A stretch of 55,759 bases of DNA, counting the filler, from Streblomastix strix (taxonomy: Eukaryota): assembly GCA_008636045.1 (NCBI GenBank). It is 3 parts of 3 records of this genome, joined end to end, with 100 filler letters (N's around TTAATTAATTAA, not from the genome) between each part and the next. Parts side by side here need not be neighbours in the genome. Positions count along the whole stretch, not along the records: positions 1 to 18,527 come from SNRW01000601.1; positions 18,628 to 37,148 come from SNRW01000602.1; 1 more part is not named here. One strand, given 5' to 3'. This document shows, in pieces, positions 15,741-29,792 of this stretch (the first letter of the stretch is position 1; each line of letters opens with the position of its first letter). Both the position numbers and the translations under genes were made by a program. Below the pieces are notes generated by a model. The model saw only the letters and a list, made by a program, of their open reading frames with translations. It was not told the DNA's origin and did no database searches.

Positions 15741-18355
15741 TCATGCTGGTGCTATTGTTCCATCGGCAAGTGAATCAATCTTACATCGACAATTAGGGCA
15801 TTAAAATACAACCTCATTGTTTTTTCTGCCAAAAAGCTACGATTTGAACCACTGCAATAAGCACAGTTTGTGAAATGAATTCAAACAATCGGCAATGATT
15901 GTTATATCATCACCTACTTCTATTGAATATTGACATATTGAACAATTTCCGAAAATAGTTTCACAAGTTCCGTCTGCATTTCTTACTGTTCTGTTCATTT
16001 AAACTATCCCAGATTATAAATGCTGTAATATTTGCTGTTATTCAATCCTTGATAGATAATGTGATTATTATTATAAATGCAATGGAGGTTGATTTATTGA
16101 TCTTGAATGTGCTTATAATCTATGTCGATTATAGATCTATGATGAAGATCGTATAGAATTTTACTATAAGAGGCGAATCTAAGATTAATTCTATATTTAT
16201 GATGAAGAACTCTAAATTTGAGATGATATTTATATTTATTATTGCAATGGCATTTGAGAAGATTGAGAAAAATCAACAAATGATCTTACATGCATGAATG
16301 GATTATTATTATTGTTAGTTTATTATGATTATTATTATTACTATTATTTATTATTAGATAATTATATCTAGTATTCTAAAGATGAATGTGATTATGATTA
16401 TAACGTGAATTATTATGGTAGATTTTATTGTAATTCTAATGGTTGCTATTAAATTGGTTATATAAGAGATAAAGAATGATGCAAATTATGAGATTATTAT
16501 ACTTATTAATGCTCTTTGTTTGTACTATTTTATTTAAAATCAGCAGAAGATCTAGCATGTATGAATGGATTTTGAGTATTATCAATTTATAAAGGAGATG
16601 ATATTTACTAAGTAGAATCATTAATTTATTACTGAAATGTTGGCGTTTCAAGCAATTGCTATTGATGAATGGGATTTTATGATTATGATAAAGAAGAAGA
16701 TGAAAGTGACTATATTTACTATAAATTAGATTATGATAGAGTTTATTATTAATAATTTATTTATGAAGAAGAATTAAGTGAATGTTAAGGCTATAGTATT
16801 TACTAATTTAATGTTGATTGGTTAAAATTAATAAAAGATCTTGCATAAATAAATGGGTTTAAAGTTTATTATGACTAAGGAAACAATAATTATTATTATA
16901 AGTTCTTCTAATCAGATAATAATGAAGAATTTAACAATAAAACTTTTGATTGCTATGATAGCTGAAACTCTGATTATTATGTTAATTAAAATTCTGGTTA
17001 TGATTATAATTCTGGTTAAAAGATGGAAGACAAATTAATTTGTTATTAATTTGATTGAATTTAAAATTATTATTATTCCGTTTGTTAAATTGGAAGTTAT
17101 GATAGTGAATGTTGTTAGAGATTATTCTAATATTGAATAGTTGACAAATGAATATCATTATATTATTATTAATTAAACGGTAAGGCTTGCTATTTTCTAT
17201 TTAATTTAGAATATTAATAATCTGATGATTGTTAGATACCTTTATAATATTTCAATATTCTGAATAAACTTGAGCATAATTAATTCTCCTTCATAAGAAT
17301 TATTATTACATGAATTATCTTCACAGCAAAAAATATAATCCATAAAACTTGGATTTTAAATTGGCAAGAATTTTGTCAATTTAGCTATAATGTATTGCAT
17401 TCCAATTATTCATATTTAATAATTTGTATTTAAAAAGAATCCAATATCATCTAAATAATTTAATAAACAATATTGAATTTATTCCTCAAATAATCACTTC
17501 TTAATTTACTCTTGTCGTTATACAATATGTTTATATACAATTAAACAAAACAGCACAAAAGTATTACTATGAATGTTGATTGCAATTATATTTACTATAT
17601 GATAAAATTTATTATTATTAATCCCATTTCCAATAATTGCAATAATTAAAGAATTATCTAGATATTACAAAAAATAAGTTCATAGCTAATATTTAAATAA
17701 TAAAAAATTTATTAGTTTAGCATACATTTTAACATTTTTCAAAATTCTATTCCATCTCTTTTTTCTATCGATGATATTTGTAGGTAAAAAACTAATATAA
17801 AAAAAAAAAAAATAACAAGAAATTTTGATAAAATACTTGTTAACTTTAGATTAAATGAAAATTTAAGTATAATTATAGACTTAATAGTAATTAAAATCCG
17901 ATTTTAACCATTTTTATTTGAGCAATATAGTAATAGGTGAATTAAAGAGCAATAATTTCATTTAATGAATAATTATGTATATTATTTGTAAAATGTTAAT
18001 TAAAAAGTAGATAATTTCAAATTTATTGAAGTATCCAAGGAGTAACATAGCGAATAAATATTGGTAGAATTTTAAATGAATATATAAAATATTTTGGTTA
18101 ATTATCTAAAAAATCATAGCAATTGTGTTGAATGCTAAATAAAATTTAGATTTGAAGAATAAAAAAAAATAGAGTTGACAAAATATTTTTACACTTTTTT
18201 TTTATACATAATTATATTGGATAAGTAAAGTATTATTAGTTATATTTCAGCTATGACCATTATTTTGCATTTATTAGTTGTTTATCCGGTAAGTAAATTA
18301 TCCAAACTGAATGATAAATAGCATTTTAATTTTTTTTAAATAATAACAGTTTCAT
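15741..18355 (-). CDS. Putative membrane-associated RING-H2-like E3 ligase with long Q/S/H-rich linker; 5' exons uncertain
   Basis: C-terminal CSICQYSIEVGDDITIIADCLNSFHKLCLLQWFK...CPNCRCKI, stop at 15741-15743. Long exon ~15741-17450 with a hydrophobic segment. Possible in-frame TGA at 17376-17378. The start at 18355 is tentative. Confidence 0.7.
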
Positions 18356-18527
18356 TTTTTTAAAACAGAACCAATTAAAAATTTAATTTTAAAAGGTAAT
18401 ATTTTATTAACCAGTGAAATGAGGAGTATGAATTTAAAATGTAAGAAAAAATCAAGGTTTGTTCAAAAAAGATTAGAAAAATAAATAAAGAAAGATAAAG
18501 GAAGAAAGATTAAATTGGGTAATGGTG

Positions 18528-18627
18528 NNNNNNNNNNNNNNNNNNNNNNNNNNNNNNNNNNNNNNNNNNNNTTAATTAATTAANNNNNNNNNNNNNNNNN
18601 NNNNNNNNNNNNNNNNNNNNNNNNNNN
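18528..18627. other. Assembly gap / artificial linker (44 N + TTAATTAATTAA + 44 N)
   Basis: Exactly 100 nt and identical in design to 37149-37248. Confidence 0.97.
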
Positions 18628-18628
18628 A

Positions 18629-21600
18629 CCTGATTATTAATATTTAATTGAACTTCTTGAAACAGCAGGATAGAAAAATGGAATTGATTTAAAGAATTCT
18701 AAATTTGAATGGGAAAATGAAATGCAATAAATGAAATAAATATTATTAACTGAATAACACGAATCTGATTCAGAATTCTAAATTAATATTAATAAAAGTT
18801 CTTATTTAATTAATGAAATAAGTAAAATCGATAAAGGAGAACGGAAAGTCTAACAACCAGAAAATAAATCTGATGTATCAAAATCCTCAAAATTATCTAA
18901 TGGAAAGCTATAAAAATCAAAAAATCCCAAATAAATTAACTCTATAATATAAAATTAACAAAATAATTAATATAATAATAACAAACCACCTCTTCAAATT
19001 AATCCAATCCTTAATTATTAATAATAATAGTATCCCAACTAATTTCCCAATTAAGCTTTCAATTCACTCCAGCTATTAATGTCTACTTCCAAATCACCAG
19101 ACATTTCAGTTTCATCACCACTTTCACCATATTCACCGTTTCCTTACATTTCACAGACAAATTCACCCATCCAATTACTCGCCAAATCAATCCACTATAA
19201 CACACTTATGGACAATGAAATAAATCTCCCATAAAAACAATTCACACAATAAATATCACAAACATAGGACCAGACTTCAAAGAACTTGTTTGTGACACCA
19301 GATTTTGATTCTAATTTTGAAGAGAAAAACAGTTAAGCATTTACCAGCTTTTGTGATAATATTCCATAATAAAGTAATAATAATCATGATAATAATAATC
19401 AAGATAATAACAAAAATTAAATTAATTAGAATCAAATTCCCACTACATCATCTTCTTCTTGGTAACCATTAATCAAATCAGTAATTTCTGATAAACCAAA
19501 TAAATATATGAAGAGATTCAATGCAGAAAAGTCATATTCAATCATTTCACTCAATTCAGAATAGATTTAGGATATTCATTCATTCATTTGCGAAAGTTAA
19601 TCTCCAGTCTAATAACCATAAAACCAGAATTTAATATAAACATACAATTTGAATTCTAATTAGGAATAAAATTCAATTCAAATTACTTAATCCATACAAT
19701 AACTACAAACACGCTCTATAATAGACAATGATCAGCAACAACCATATTAATAACAATCCACCATCCACCTGAGCAAGTTGAATTTCTCAGGAAGCAACAT
19801 CGATTTTATGAGTGAATCAGTAAAAAGCCAAAATAAGCAAATGAGTCCAAATTATGGAGTAACAGATCTGAATGCTGGATGTCAATGGGGAAGAGAGATA
19901 TAGTAGGAAAGAGAGAAGAAGAAATAACTGCAGAAAAATGTGAGATAAGGTTTTAATGCGATTCCTGAGAAAGATGGAGACTTCAAGAAGTTGAATGATG
20001 ATAATAACAATAACAATAACAATATTGAATTTATTGACAGTTTCTAAGAATAAGATTAAAACTCAATAAATGATTAATATGATTATACAAGAGCAGATTC
20101 CGTATTTGAAGACTCATTCAACCTAGATATTGATGAAGGCCATACCTTCTAAGATGTTATTGACAGATTATGCACAGATGACCATGCAATGTCATAATAT
20201 CTATCAATGGCTAAACTAAAGACTGAAGAATAAGCAATGCTTGACAACATGAATCAGATTTTGTAGGCTCAGGCTGAAATGAAGAAGAAAAGGAAAAGAT
20301 TGGGCAGAAAACAATCAAAAGATTCTCAGGATCAAAATAAAGAAGAAGTAAATTAAGATAAATAGGATAAAGATAAAGAATAAGAATAGGATGTAGAACC
20401 TGACAGAGATGGAAGTTATATCAGGAAACTACTTCAGAAGAGAATCAATGCGAAATTGGAATAGGAAAATGATGGTCTAAATGAAGTGAAGAATATTTTG
20501 AAGCTTTTTGTCAAAGATCAGAAAGTTAATTATAATTAGTAATAGAATGGATAAGTAATTGAAAAGTAAAAAGATGTATAAATAAATGATAAATAGGAAA
20601 TAAAACCGATAAATTAAAGTTAATAAAATGAATAATAATAATAAGTATAAGAAATTGATTAATGTTAATTAAATGAATAACAATAAGATATGGACCATTG
20701 TTTTACACCTTTTAATACTACTACTTAAGCACAACCAATCACTTTGCCTTTAGTTAATCCAATTGCACTTATCAATTAATCAAACAACGCTTCTAACACC
20801 AAATAAAATGCAATATCAAATATAAACAATAATAACAATAATAATATCAACAATAATAACATCAACAATAATAACAACAATATCATCATAACCAACACCA
20901 ACACCAACGCATTCAACCACAAAAGCAACATCCACACAACCAGTGACCATTCACTCCACATTCGCTTCTCCTTGTCCAACATAAGCACCTCAGCCGCCAG
21001 TCAATCCAGTATGAGCTCAACCGAGATCCTCCAAATAGAGAAGAAGCAGAAAGAAGAAATAAAGTAAGAAAGAGAAAGAGAAAGAAAAGAAGAAGAAAGA
21101 CTTACTGGAAGGAAGATCAGAGGTGATTGTTGGATGACTGAAGATGAGAAGTTGGAGATTGAAGAAAGAGAGTATGAGAGGGAATGGGAGCAGGATATGG
21201 AGAAGCAGAAGTTGATGCAGATGAAGAAGATGATGGAGATGGAATAGGAATAAGAGAAAGAATAAGAGAAAGAATAATAGAAAGAATAAGAGAAAGAATA
21301 AAAATTAGAGATCGAGGTAGAACTGGATGATAATTTGGTTAGTGCGAAATAAGAAGATGATTTGAGATAATAAGGTGATAAATAATAAACGAATTCACTT
21401 CAATAAACACTTCAATAACAGATTTAAGTTAATGATATAATCATTTCATTTGAGAATTCTAATGATAATTAATAAATTAAAGATGAAAATAAATAAAAGA
21501 AAGAGAAGAAATAACCAGAATTTGATATAATCAATAAAAAGGAAGATGAATAAAAGAAATAAATATAAACTTAAACACAAATTTAGATTTATGAACAAAT

Positions 21601-21700
21601 AAATAAATAATTAAATGAAGATAAAATTCTTCAAAAAGATAATTTAGTTCATAATTCTTCACAAATTATTAATTCAAAATAATGCTGCAATATACTTTGA
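18629..21700 (+). CDS. 3' part (5'-truncated by gap) of a CK1/TTBK-family kinase with ~1,000-aa low-complexity tail ending in CCNIL
   Basis: Begins PDYQYLIELLETAGQKNGIDLKNSKFEWE, resembling the CK1 domain end PDYxYLxxLF...FDW. One open table-6 frame runs to TGA at 21698-21700. Confidence 0.7.
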
Positions 21701-22367
21701 AAAGGCAAAAAAAAAGTATAATATTAAATTGTATATTTATATATATGCATTTATTTTGGGTAAATAATATTTATTTTAGCATATATAATCATATTTTATA
21801 ATATTCATTAAATCATTTGTTGAAAAAATATTTTAATTAATTAAGAATTTTAATTAATATTTTCATTTCATAATCTTTTTTATACTAATTTTTTGCATTT
21901 CATTCTTCTCGTATTTTTTTATTCCTTATATTAGTCTTATATTTTTTATCATTTTTAAACAATATTAATATTAATCATATAATTGAATTATTATTAACTG
22001 AATCTTTTTTTATGATTTGGCATTAAATTTGGTGTTTATATTATAAAATTTTTAATGCGAATGTTTTATATTATTAATAAAATTTTATTGTTTTTCATTG
22101 AAAATTTCAATTTTTTTTTAATTTTATTTTCTTCAAGTGAATGCGATATTTACTATAATTTTTTAGCTTAACCATGTTTTTTCAATAAATGAAAAAGAAC
22201 ATTTATTGATTGAAAAAGTCTAAAGCAAATAAGTTTTTGATTTCGTTGTTATGTATTGAAAAAAATCAATATTACTATAAGAAGGGTTGTATTTTATGAT
22301 TAAAAGTGTTGTATGATCTAAAAATTAATATAAGTAAGAAAATAATTGTCTTTAAAGCATCACAATT

Positions 22368-23654
22368 TCACTCAAACAAGAAATCGAACGACATTGCGAC
22401 ATTTGTAAAGTGCTTTATTCGCTTATCATATTCTTGAATATTTGACTTTGCATGTTGTATAGCATAATCAGTTGCATTTCTAACAGCACCATCTTCATAT
22501 CGAATACTGAATATCCTTCCATCAGCTCTCAATGCTGTAAAGTGAGTTTTCTTTGTCAAAATTAGACAATGAAGTTCATCCATAAAAAAAGGAAGTTACA
22601 GAACTTTCTGTGGTGTTGTAAGTTCAGTAACAAATTCTTTTGATTCTTTATACATTCCACGAATTATAAGCACACGACCTGTCTTAGTTACATATGCATC
22701 CCATACATGATGATTGATATGGACAATTTTCTCTCCTCCAAAGAATTTTGGATCAATTGGAGTGAAACTGTATTTGTATTTCTTCTCAATTTCAACGTAT
22801 GTTTGAGTAAGAACTATTCCTTCAGCAGTTACAAACGCCTTTGCATTCTTGTAGTACTTGACTACATGGAATGTCTCAAATACACCGAATGCTCCTTCCG
22901 CTCCAGAAAGACCACCACGAAGTTCATCAAGGAAACATTGTTTCATTTTGATTCTATCAGTTGACTCAATAAATCCATTCTCCGCAACATTCGGCCATCC
23001 TTAGAACTCATGTAATTGACCATATGCAAATACAGCTCCATTCTCTAAGATAATAATAGCTCTATGTAATTCAAAGTTGAATGATCTGATCTTGCTTGGT
23101 ATAAGTGAACTTGGAATTAATCCATCATCTGCATTGAAATGTGGATTCAATCTCCAAATTTCTGTGCCATCGTCCCAGGTTCCATCGTCTTTCATTCCAA
23201 GAGATCACAATTTCTCATCAATGGTCTTTGCTATAGTGAATGCACCTGCTGACTTCACATCAATGAATTGTAGATCAGATGGAGGTAATTGGATTATTTT
23301 GAACCATTCACGAGATATGTCTTTGTGTTATTGAGAGATGCGCTCAGGGAGTATCAATATCTCTTTCATTAATTAGTTTAGTCTATTTATATATATAGCA
23401 GCCTATGTATAAAATGAGTTACATTCATCTAAACATCGATTGCTATATATCAGTGTGATCTTTTTAATACTTTATGACTCAAATGTCGGATTTTCATCTA
23501 ATTGTGTCATGATGTAATATATATAAGTCTTTATATATAATTTATCATTTTCAGTACGATCAGGGTTAACAATTGCAGCAACTTGTGACATACGCTTGAT
23601 AATGTGAGCACGAACTCCTGTGCGGAATTATCGAGCAACTTAATCTGCTTTCAT
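22368..23654 (-). CDS. Intronless ORF with RCC1/BLIP-II-like beta-propeller motifs; one in-frame TGA at 23205-23207 (possible pseudogene)
   Basis: Three track ORFs (23001-23195, 22596-22946, 22368-22583) share one frame and join when TAA=Gln. In-frame ATGs lie at 23369, 23591, 23654 and 23738. Motifs: AGAFTIAKTIDEKL*SLG, HRAIIILENGAVFAYG, AYVTKTGRV, HFTALRADGRIFS. Confidence 0.6.
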
Positions 23655-23978
23655 AAAATTAGCATGATTAGCCAGTTATGCAGTATCTTTATTAACAAGT
23701 AAAAAATAAAATTGAATAGAATATATATATTTAAACATAAATATAGTATAAAGATATTAACAAACATTCTAAATATCAAGAACATAATTCAATTTACTTA
23801 TATTTATAGAGATATTAAAGCTGAAAAGCATCAAAAAAATTAATAATTAAATAATTTTCTAATGCATAAATGAACGTAATGCCCTATTTTTCACTTGCTA
23901 TTAATTCAGGAAAACAGTTATAATATCTCTTTAGAGTACAAAATTGTTCGAAATAAATCAGAATTAATCCCAAAATAT

Positions 23979-24964
23979 TAGTGTTGGCTTAAAACGCTGT
24001 AAATTAATTTGCTGCGCGCATCTCAGCGCATTAAAAAAATCTTAAAACGCCTTAAATTCATGAAACGAAATTTTTTTGTTTCATTTTTGTGTTGATTGGT
24101 ATTAATTGTCATGAATTATAATGTTTATTTAAAGAAATATATTTTTCTGAAGAATTAAATTGAATATTGATTAAAATCAAAGCTAAGCTTATATAGAATT
24201 CGTTAAAAATTATTTTTTGCAATTTTCATTTGATTCTCATCGACTGTCAATAAATACTATAAATAATATCATTAATTCTGCTATGAAAGTGATATCTAAT
24301 TAAATTAAATATAAACTAATATTTGATACATTTCATCCAAGAAAAGATAGCACAAACGCACCTTTTTTTAAAAAATTACAGTTTATATCAATTTTTATTC
24401 TATATCCGAAGGAATAAAATCCATAAAAATTCTATAATTATCTTTAATATACGCAAAATTTTTAAATATTTACATATATGAAAATAAATACCCACTCTAT
24501 TTCAGCAAAATCTAAAAAGCGCTTAAAAGTGCTGAAAAATACGCTTAAAAATGCTGCAAAAAGCGCTGTAAAGCGCGGGGCATTAAATTCTAGATGAAAA
24601 TTAAATATTTTTTAAATTGATATCCATTTATCTATTAATGAGATAATATCTATTATTTATATCAATAATGACACTAAATACATTTGTAGGAGCGGAGTAA
24701 ATTGAGCGCGAAAAATCAACTTTATTTTAAAATACTAATAATTAGGACTAATAATCAATAATGACGACGCTATTTAAGAATAAAATATATAATTTGTCTA
24801 ATTGATTAGAATTATTTACTCAAATAATATAATAATTGTTTTTTGATGGAAAAAAATTTCACCTTTTTTTTATTTATTTATTGAATGGACAATTTTAATT
24901 AGAGCGCTTTTAATTTTGCGCAGCGCACATTCAGCGCTCTTAAATGCGCTTTTGTCCAACACTA
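23979..24964. mobile_element. Non-autonomous hAT-superfamily DNA transposon, 986 bp
   Basis: Termini TAGTGTTGG...CCAACACTA, 8-bp TSD CAAAATAT at 23971-23978 and 24965-24972, clustered (A)GCGC(T/A) motifs near both ends and at ~24510-24580. No transposase ORF. Confidence 0.9.
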
Positions 24965-25502
24965 CAAAATATAATACAAAAAGCATAATAATAGTTTATT
25001 TTCAGCCTACAGCATTTATTAACAAATTGCATCGTAAAACTGCAGATTTCTATCAAAGAAAGATTGCCAAATATCTTTAATATTGCAAAAGTGCAATATG
25101 ATATATTATTTTTTATTATTTGCAGACCAATTTATTAATTCACTAATCCACTTTTTTTTTAAACTCCGAAAGTATTTCAACTCTGTTTATTCGGTTGTTT
25201 TCCTACCTATCATCGTTTAATACTCATTAATCAAAATAACTATTATTTTATTTATCTATAAATTGACAATAATTATCATAATACTCCCTCTCACAAGCTT
25301 TAAACTGTCATTCAAACTTTTTAAATAACCAAACACTTCTTTAAAACATACAAACGCCTACTTTGTAATATAACAAACCTGAATAGTTTCATTAGATATT
25401 AATTTCCAACAATTTTTTAGTTATTTTTTCATATTTTTTCTCTTATTATTATCAATTTTCCTATATAATATTCAATTTCTTTTATTATAAAATCAGAATA
25501 AA

Positions 25503-26186
25503 ATGAAATCTTAAAAAAAAATCTAAAATACTGCAAGTCTCATAATTTAGTTTACTGATTCATACACATAAAACAAGCAAGGAAAATAAAAATAATAAAC
25601 AGAATCAGATTCTACACCATCTCTTACAGATATTGCTTCTTCACTACAATCCTTTAAAGATCAAATCCAGAATAAAAAATCATGTAAATAAATGATTAAG
25701 ATTCCGAAGCTTCTTCAATCACTTGTTGCACTTTCATTATACAAAATCAGTATTCACATCTGCTAAATATTAGACCAATAAAGAATTGAACTCAGACATT
25801 GAAGTAAATAGTGTCTCAGAGAGATTCAATACATTGGAGATGAGTAAGATCAAACAGAGCTTATTAAATAATAATTTGGAAGAGTGATATTCCTTTCTTT
25901 CTGCACAGCTGGAGGCGTTGGCGAAGAACAAGATAAGGAGATAGATCATGGGTTTTATTATATCTACAAGTTCCTCAATAAACTACATGAAGGGAGAAAT
26001 TATCGGTAACCATCCTTCCAACCACTTCCATTACTAGTTCTAAGATCTGATGAGTAAAAAGAAGAAGAAGGAGCAATTGAAGAGATTGATGCGTAAATGA
26101 ATAATGAAGGACTAGTTGGTTATTTCATGAGTTATGCAAACGCAGTAAAAGCAGCGACACTAAATTTCTTCATTCACAGTAACTGA
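25503..26186 (+). CDS. Lineage-specific helical/ARM-like repeat family protein (227 codons) with in-frame TGA at 25800-25802
   Basis: MKSQKKIQNTASLII...IPKLLQSLVALSLYK...RIELRH*SKQCL...FCTAGGVGEEQDKEI...EEEGAIEEIDAQ. Shares motifs with the C-terminal halves of the next two genes. Confidence 0.7.
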
Positions 26187-26767
26187 ATATGAACAGTTTT
26201 GCATGTTTAGTTTTTTATATTTTTCATTTTTAAACACCAGTTATTCATTTCATACTAATTAGTAGTGTTTGTTTTTTGGTTACTTAATTTTATTTTTTAA
26301 TATACAATTATTTTAATCCAATATTTGTGAAAGAATAGAAAATTCTTACATTCAACTACTGTTATCGAATTCTTCAGTTTTCACATCATCAGTTTTTAAT
26401 TTAAAGTTCAAATATTGAGCTCATGCTTAAATCAGCTCGTAGACATTATCGATCATTATTTAGTAAATGAGATTCAATAAAGTATTGCTTTGAAAGGTAA
26501 AATTTCATATTTTTATTTTTATTATTCAACTCTGTGAAATGATAAAACTAATTTAAATATAAATTAATGAGATACATATATGATGATAGACAAGGAATTA
26601 TGATGTGAATTATTCTATTTTATGTATTATTTTTAAATTCTTATATTTGTTAATGATTATTACATTTTTAGAAGTTAAATAATTAATTAAGCTTTGAAGA
26701 AAATCAAAAGTAGTAATGTTAAGATTTGAGTAAGATTGATACTATGCAATTGAATTAATTATTTTCA

Positions 26768-28288
26768 TCATTAGTTTGAATCATCTTTTTTAATATTATT
26801 AATAAATTCTTTTGTTTCATATGCCTTATATTAAACATCATCCTAGTCTAATTATTTCTTGTGGAATAAATTAGCTTCAATTTCTTCTAATCCTCCTTCA
26901 TCTTTTATCTATTCATTTACTGTTTTTATAAGTTAAGGTTTTCCATGATATATATTATCATTCCCTTCACGATTGATATAAAAGAAATCCTCTATATTTA
27001 TTAATCCTTATCCAATTACTACATCATTTTATTCCTCGCTTCCACCTCCTAATCCAATAATATCAGTTTATATTTTCATATTTTTATATTCATTCAGAAT
27101 TCTTTCTTTCACAATTTCATCACCATAACAATTGATTTATCCTAAACAATTATTACTCTATATTCTGATTCGCACATTCTATTTTTCAGTTCTTTAAGAT
27201 TGATGCTATTTCCTCTCAAATCTAGTCAGGTCAATAAGTGATTATATTAAATCTGGAGTATAATAAGCAATTAAACACAAAGAAGTGTTTTCATCTAATA
27301 AAGAACATAAGAGAAGTAAAGATTCAGCAATAAGTAGCAATGTTGATTCTGGATAAGTTGAATTTGAGTTTTGTTGAAATTGATTCGATTTATTGATTTG
27401 ATGTGAATTATTAGTTGAAAATAAGATAATGAGAGGAGTTAAATGATTGAATATATTGTGATGATCCAATAAGAATTATCGTACATCATTCTCATACCAA
27501 GAAAGTTCTTCAAGAGAAAAATAAACAGAACTGAGAAGTTAATTTGAAGACTCTGATTCGGGTAGATTCAAACATTAGGAACAATTCAATTCATCTGGGC
27601 ATCGAATATGTAGTAATGGAGCTATATCTTCATGAATCTTAAGTTATTCTACCAAATATTTTCGATTGTCCTGATTTTCAACAATTCTAGAAATTGAATT
27701 ATTCATTCTTGCTCCTTTTCTTAATTCAATTTCTATTTATTATATTCTTTACTCTTCTTATTATTGGTCCAAATCTTTTTAATTTATCTAATTTCTAAGT
27801 ACTTGAATCAAATTATTAATCTGAAATTTGAAATATTTTCCACATCCAACAAGAATGTCTCTATCAATTCTTTTGTATTTGATTATGAATGATATTATAA
27901 GAACAAGATTGGAGAATAACTCATTATATTAAATTGATATTTGGGTTTCTTTCTATATCTCAATTTATTAAAGAAAGATTTATTCAATTTTCCTCAATAA
28001 TCCAGATTCTTCAAAAGTCCAATAGAATTTATTCATTTCATATTATTTAACCATTTTAGAACCTTTCTCAGAGATTATTAATATAATATTCAATATCTCT
28101 TATTGAAATGCTGTTTAATCTTCTTCAATCAAATTATTCAATTCTTTACATATTCCATAATCAATTTCATTTATTAATTTATCATCATCAAATTATTCAA
28201 TATCATTATGAAATTATTTTAATAATTATATCTTTCTATCTTTTGAGTTCAAAATTGATTCTTGCATTAATTGTTTCAAAAACAACAT
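26768..28288 (-). CDS. Lineage-specific helical/ARM-like repeat protein, 506 aa, intronless
   Basis: Open table-6 frame MLFLKQLMQESILNS...APLLHIRCPDELNCSQCLNLPES...IGLGGGSEEQND...DEGGLEEIEANLFH...DDSNQ, followed by TGA TGA. Confidence 0.8.
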
Positions 28289-29792
28289 AGTAGTCGGGTT
28301 GAATGATAAATTCTTAATTATGTAGGTAAATATAAAATAAAATATTTATTGAATTTAATAAATTTTACTAAAAAAGTTGTTTAATATTTGGAATAATGTT
28401 AAAAATACGATTTTTGAAAAAAAATAAAAAAGTATAAATATTCAGTTAAAGAAGTGCTCATATGTTGATTATTTGAGATTTATTAAAATAATAATAAAAA
28501 AATATTATTTGGGAAAAAATTAATTAATTTATAAATTAAAAGTTTTGTTGTAATTTCAATTTTTCAGTTATTGTGGTTAACAACAAATTAAATAATTTAT
28601 AAAATAGCTCAATAGGTAAATGAAATTAAAATAAGATTATAAATTAGTATCGTATATATTTTAAATGTCAGCGTTAAGATATATTGGAATTGTTCTGAAA
28701 TTCAAGCTTCAAAGATTTAGTACGTTTATACAATGTCTACATTAAATTTAGATTTCAGTTATATATAATAATATTGATTTATTATCCAAAATAACTCATG
28801 CATTAGCTTCAAAACAAAGTTTCCATGTAATTTTAGTATTTCTTCTTTCACAAACTGTGAATAGATGCCATTCAATTTTTTTCAGAATTTAATTATTATA
28901 ATACTCATTTTTTAATACAAAATTAAAAGAATACGTTATTCTGAATACAGAACAAATATTCTATTTTAAACCAGAAATTTCACCATAGGCACATGTAATT
29001 TCTAAATTTTATTTAAATAATTTATTAAAAAATATTAATTAGATGGTTTATTTTATCTCAATATATATTTTTAGTCACAAAATACAAAAAAATATTTCGC
29101 TTTTTAGTTTTATGATTAAACTTACATTAAAATTTCCCTTTTTAATGAAATTAATATAATATATCATCATATTCAATTACAAACATTTTGCACATATTCT
29201 AACGTATTTATATCAATTATCTTAATTTTTTAATTCCCAAATTTTTCAAACGTTTTAAGTATTTATCACATTTAGTATGTTTTAACAACATTTCTCTGAT
29301 TTTTTTGTTATTGAAATAATAAAATTTAAAAACATATTAAATTATTACTAATTTGTTTTTTTGAAATTCATTTTAGATATTTATTCGATGTAAGATCAAG
29401 ATAACTCATAGAAAACAACACAATCAAAAGTGAAGAAAATGAAATAAACACCAAAGATTCACTTTAAAATTCTGATCATAGAAGCAATTTCAAACTTCTT
29501 TTTTGATAATTCTAAATGGCGAATTGGAATGTGGTGATTTTTCCACAATTTATTCATGCTAAGAAATAGATGAAGATCAAAATGAATAAGATGATTATAA
29601 ACTGTATAATTGCTATGAAGAAGATTCTGATAAATGATTTATATTTGTTATAAATTTACAATTATTTTTTAAAAGAAGGGGTTTAATAAAAAATATCTAA
29701 ATAAAGATTTGAAATTTTATTTACACATTAATATTTAATTTATTTATACATGACAAAGTTCAACCTCATTAAAAGTTCACCCAATTAATTTT

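Noticed and set aside
18572..18583. TTAATTAATTAA palindrome inside N runs (also 37193-37204)
   Set aside because: An artificial six-frame-stop linker in fixed 100-nt gaps. It is not biological, and adjacency across the gaps is unproven.
23780..25090. ~100-codon minus-strand frame restored by removing the hAT element
   Set aside because: With only one stop codon, frames of this length arise by chance, and no motif is recognisable.
29388..29640. Short coding-like stretch on the plus strand
   Set aside because: It needs a frame change, has no recognisable motif, and is too short to support.
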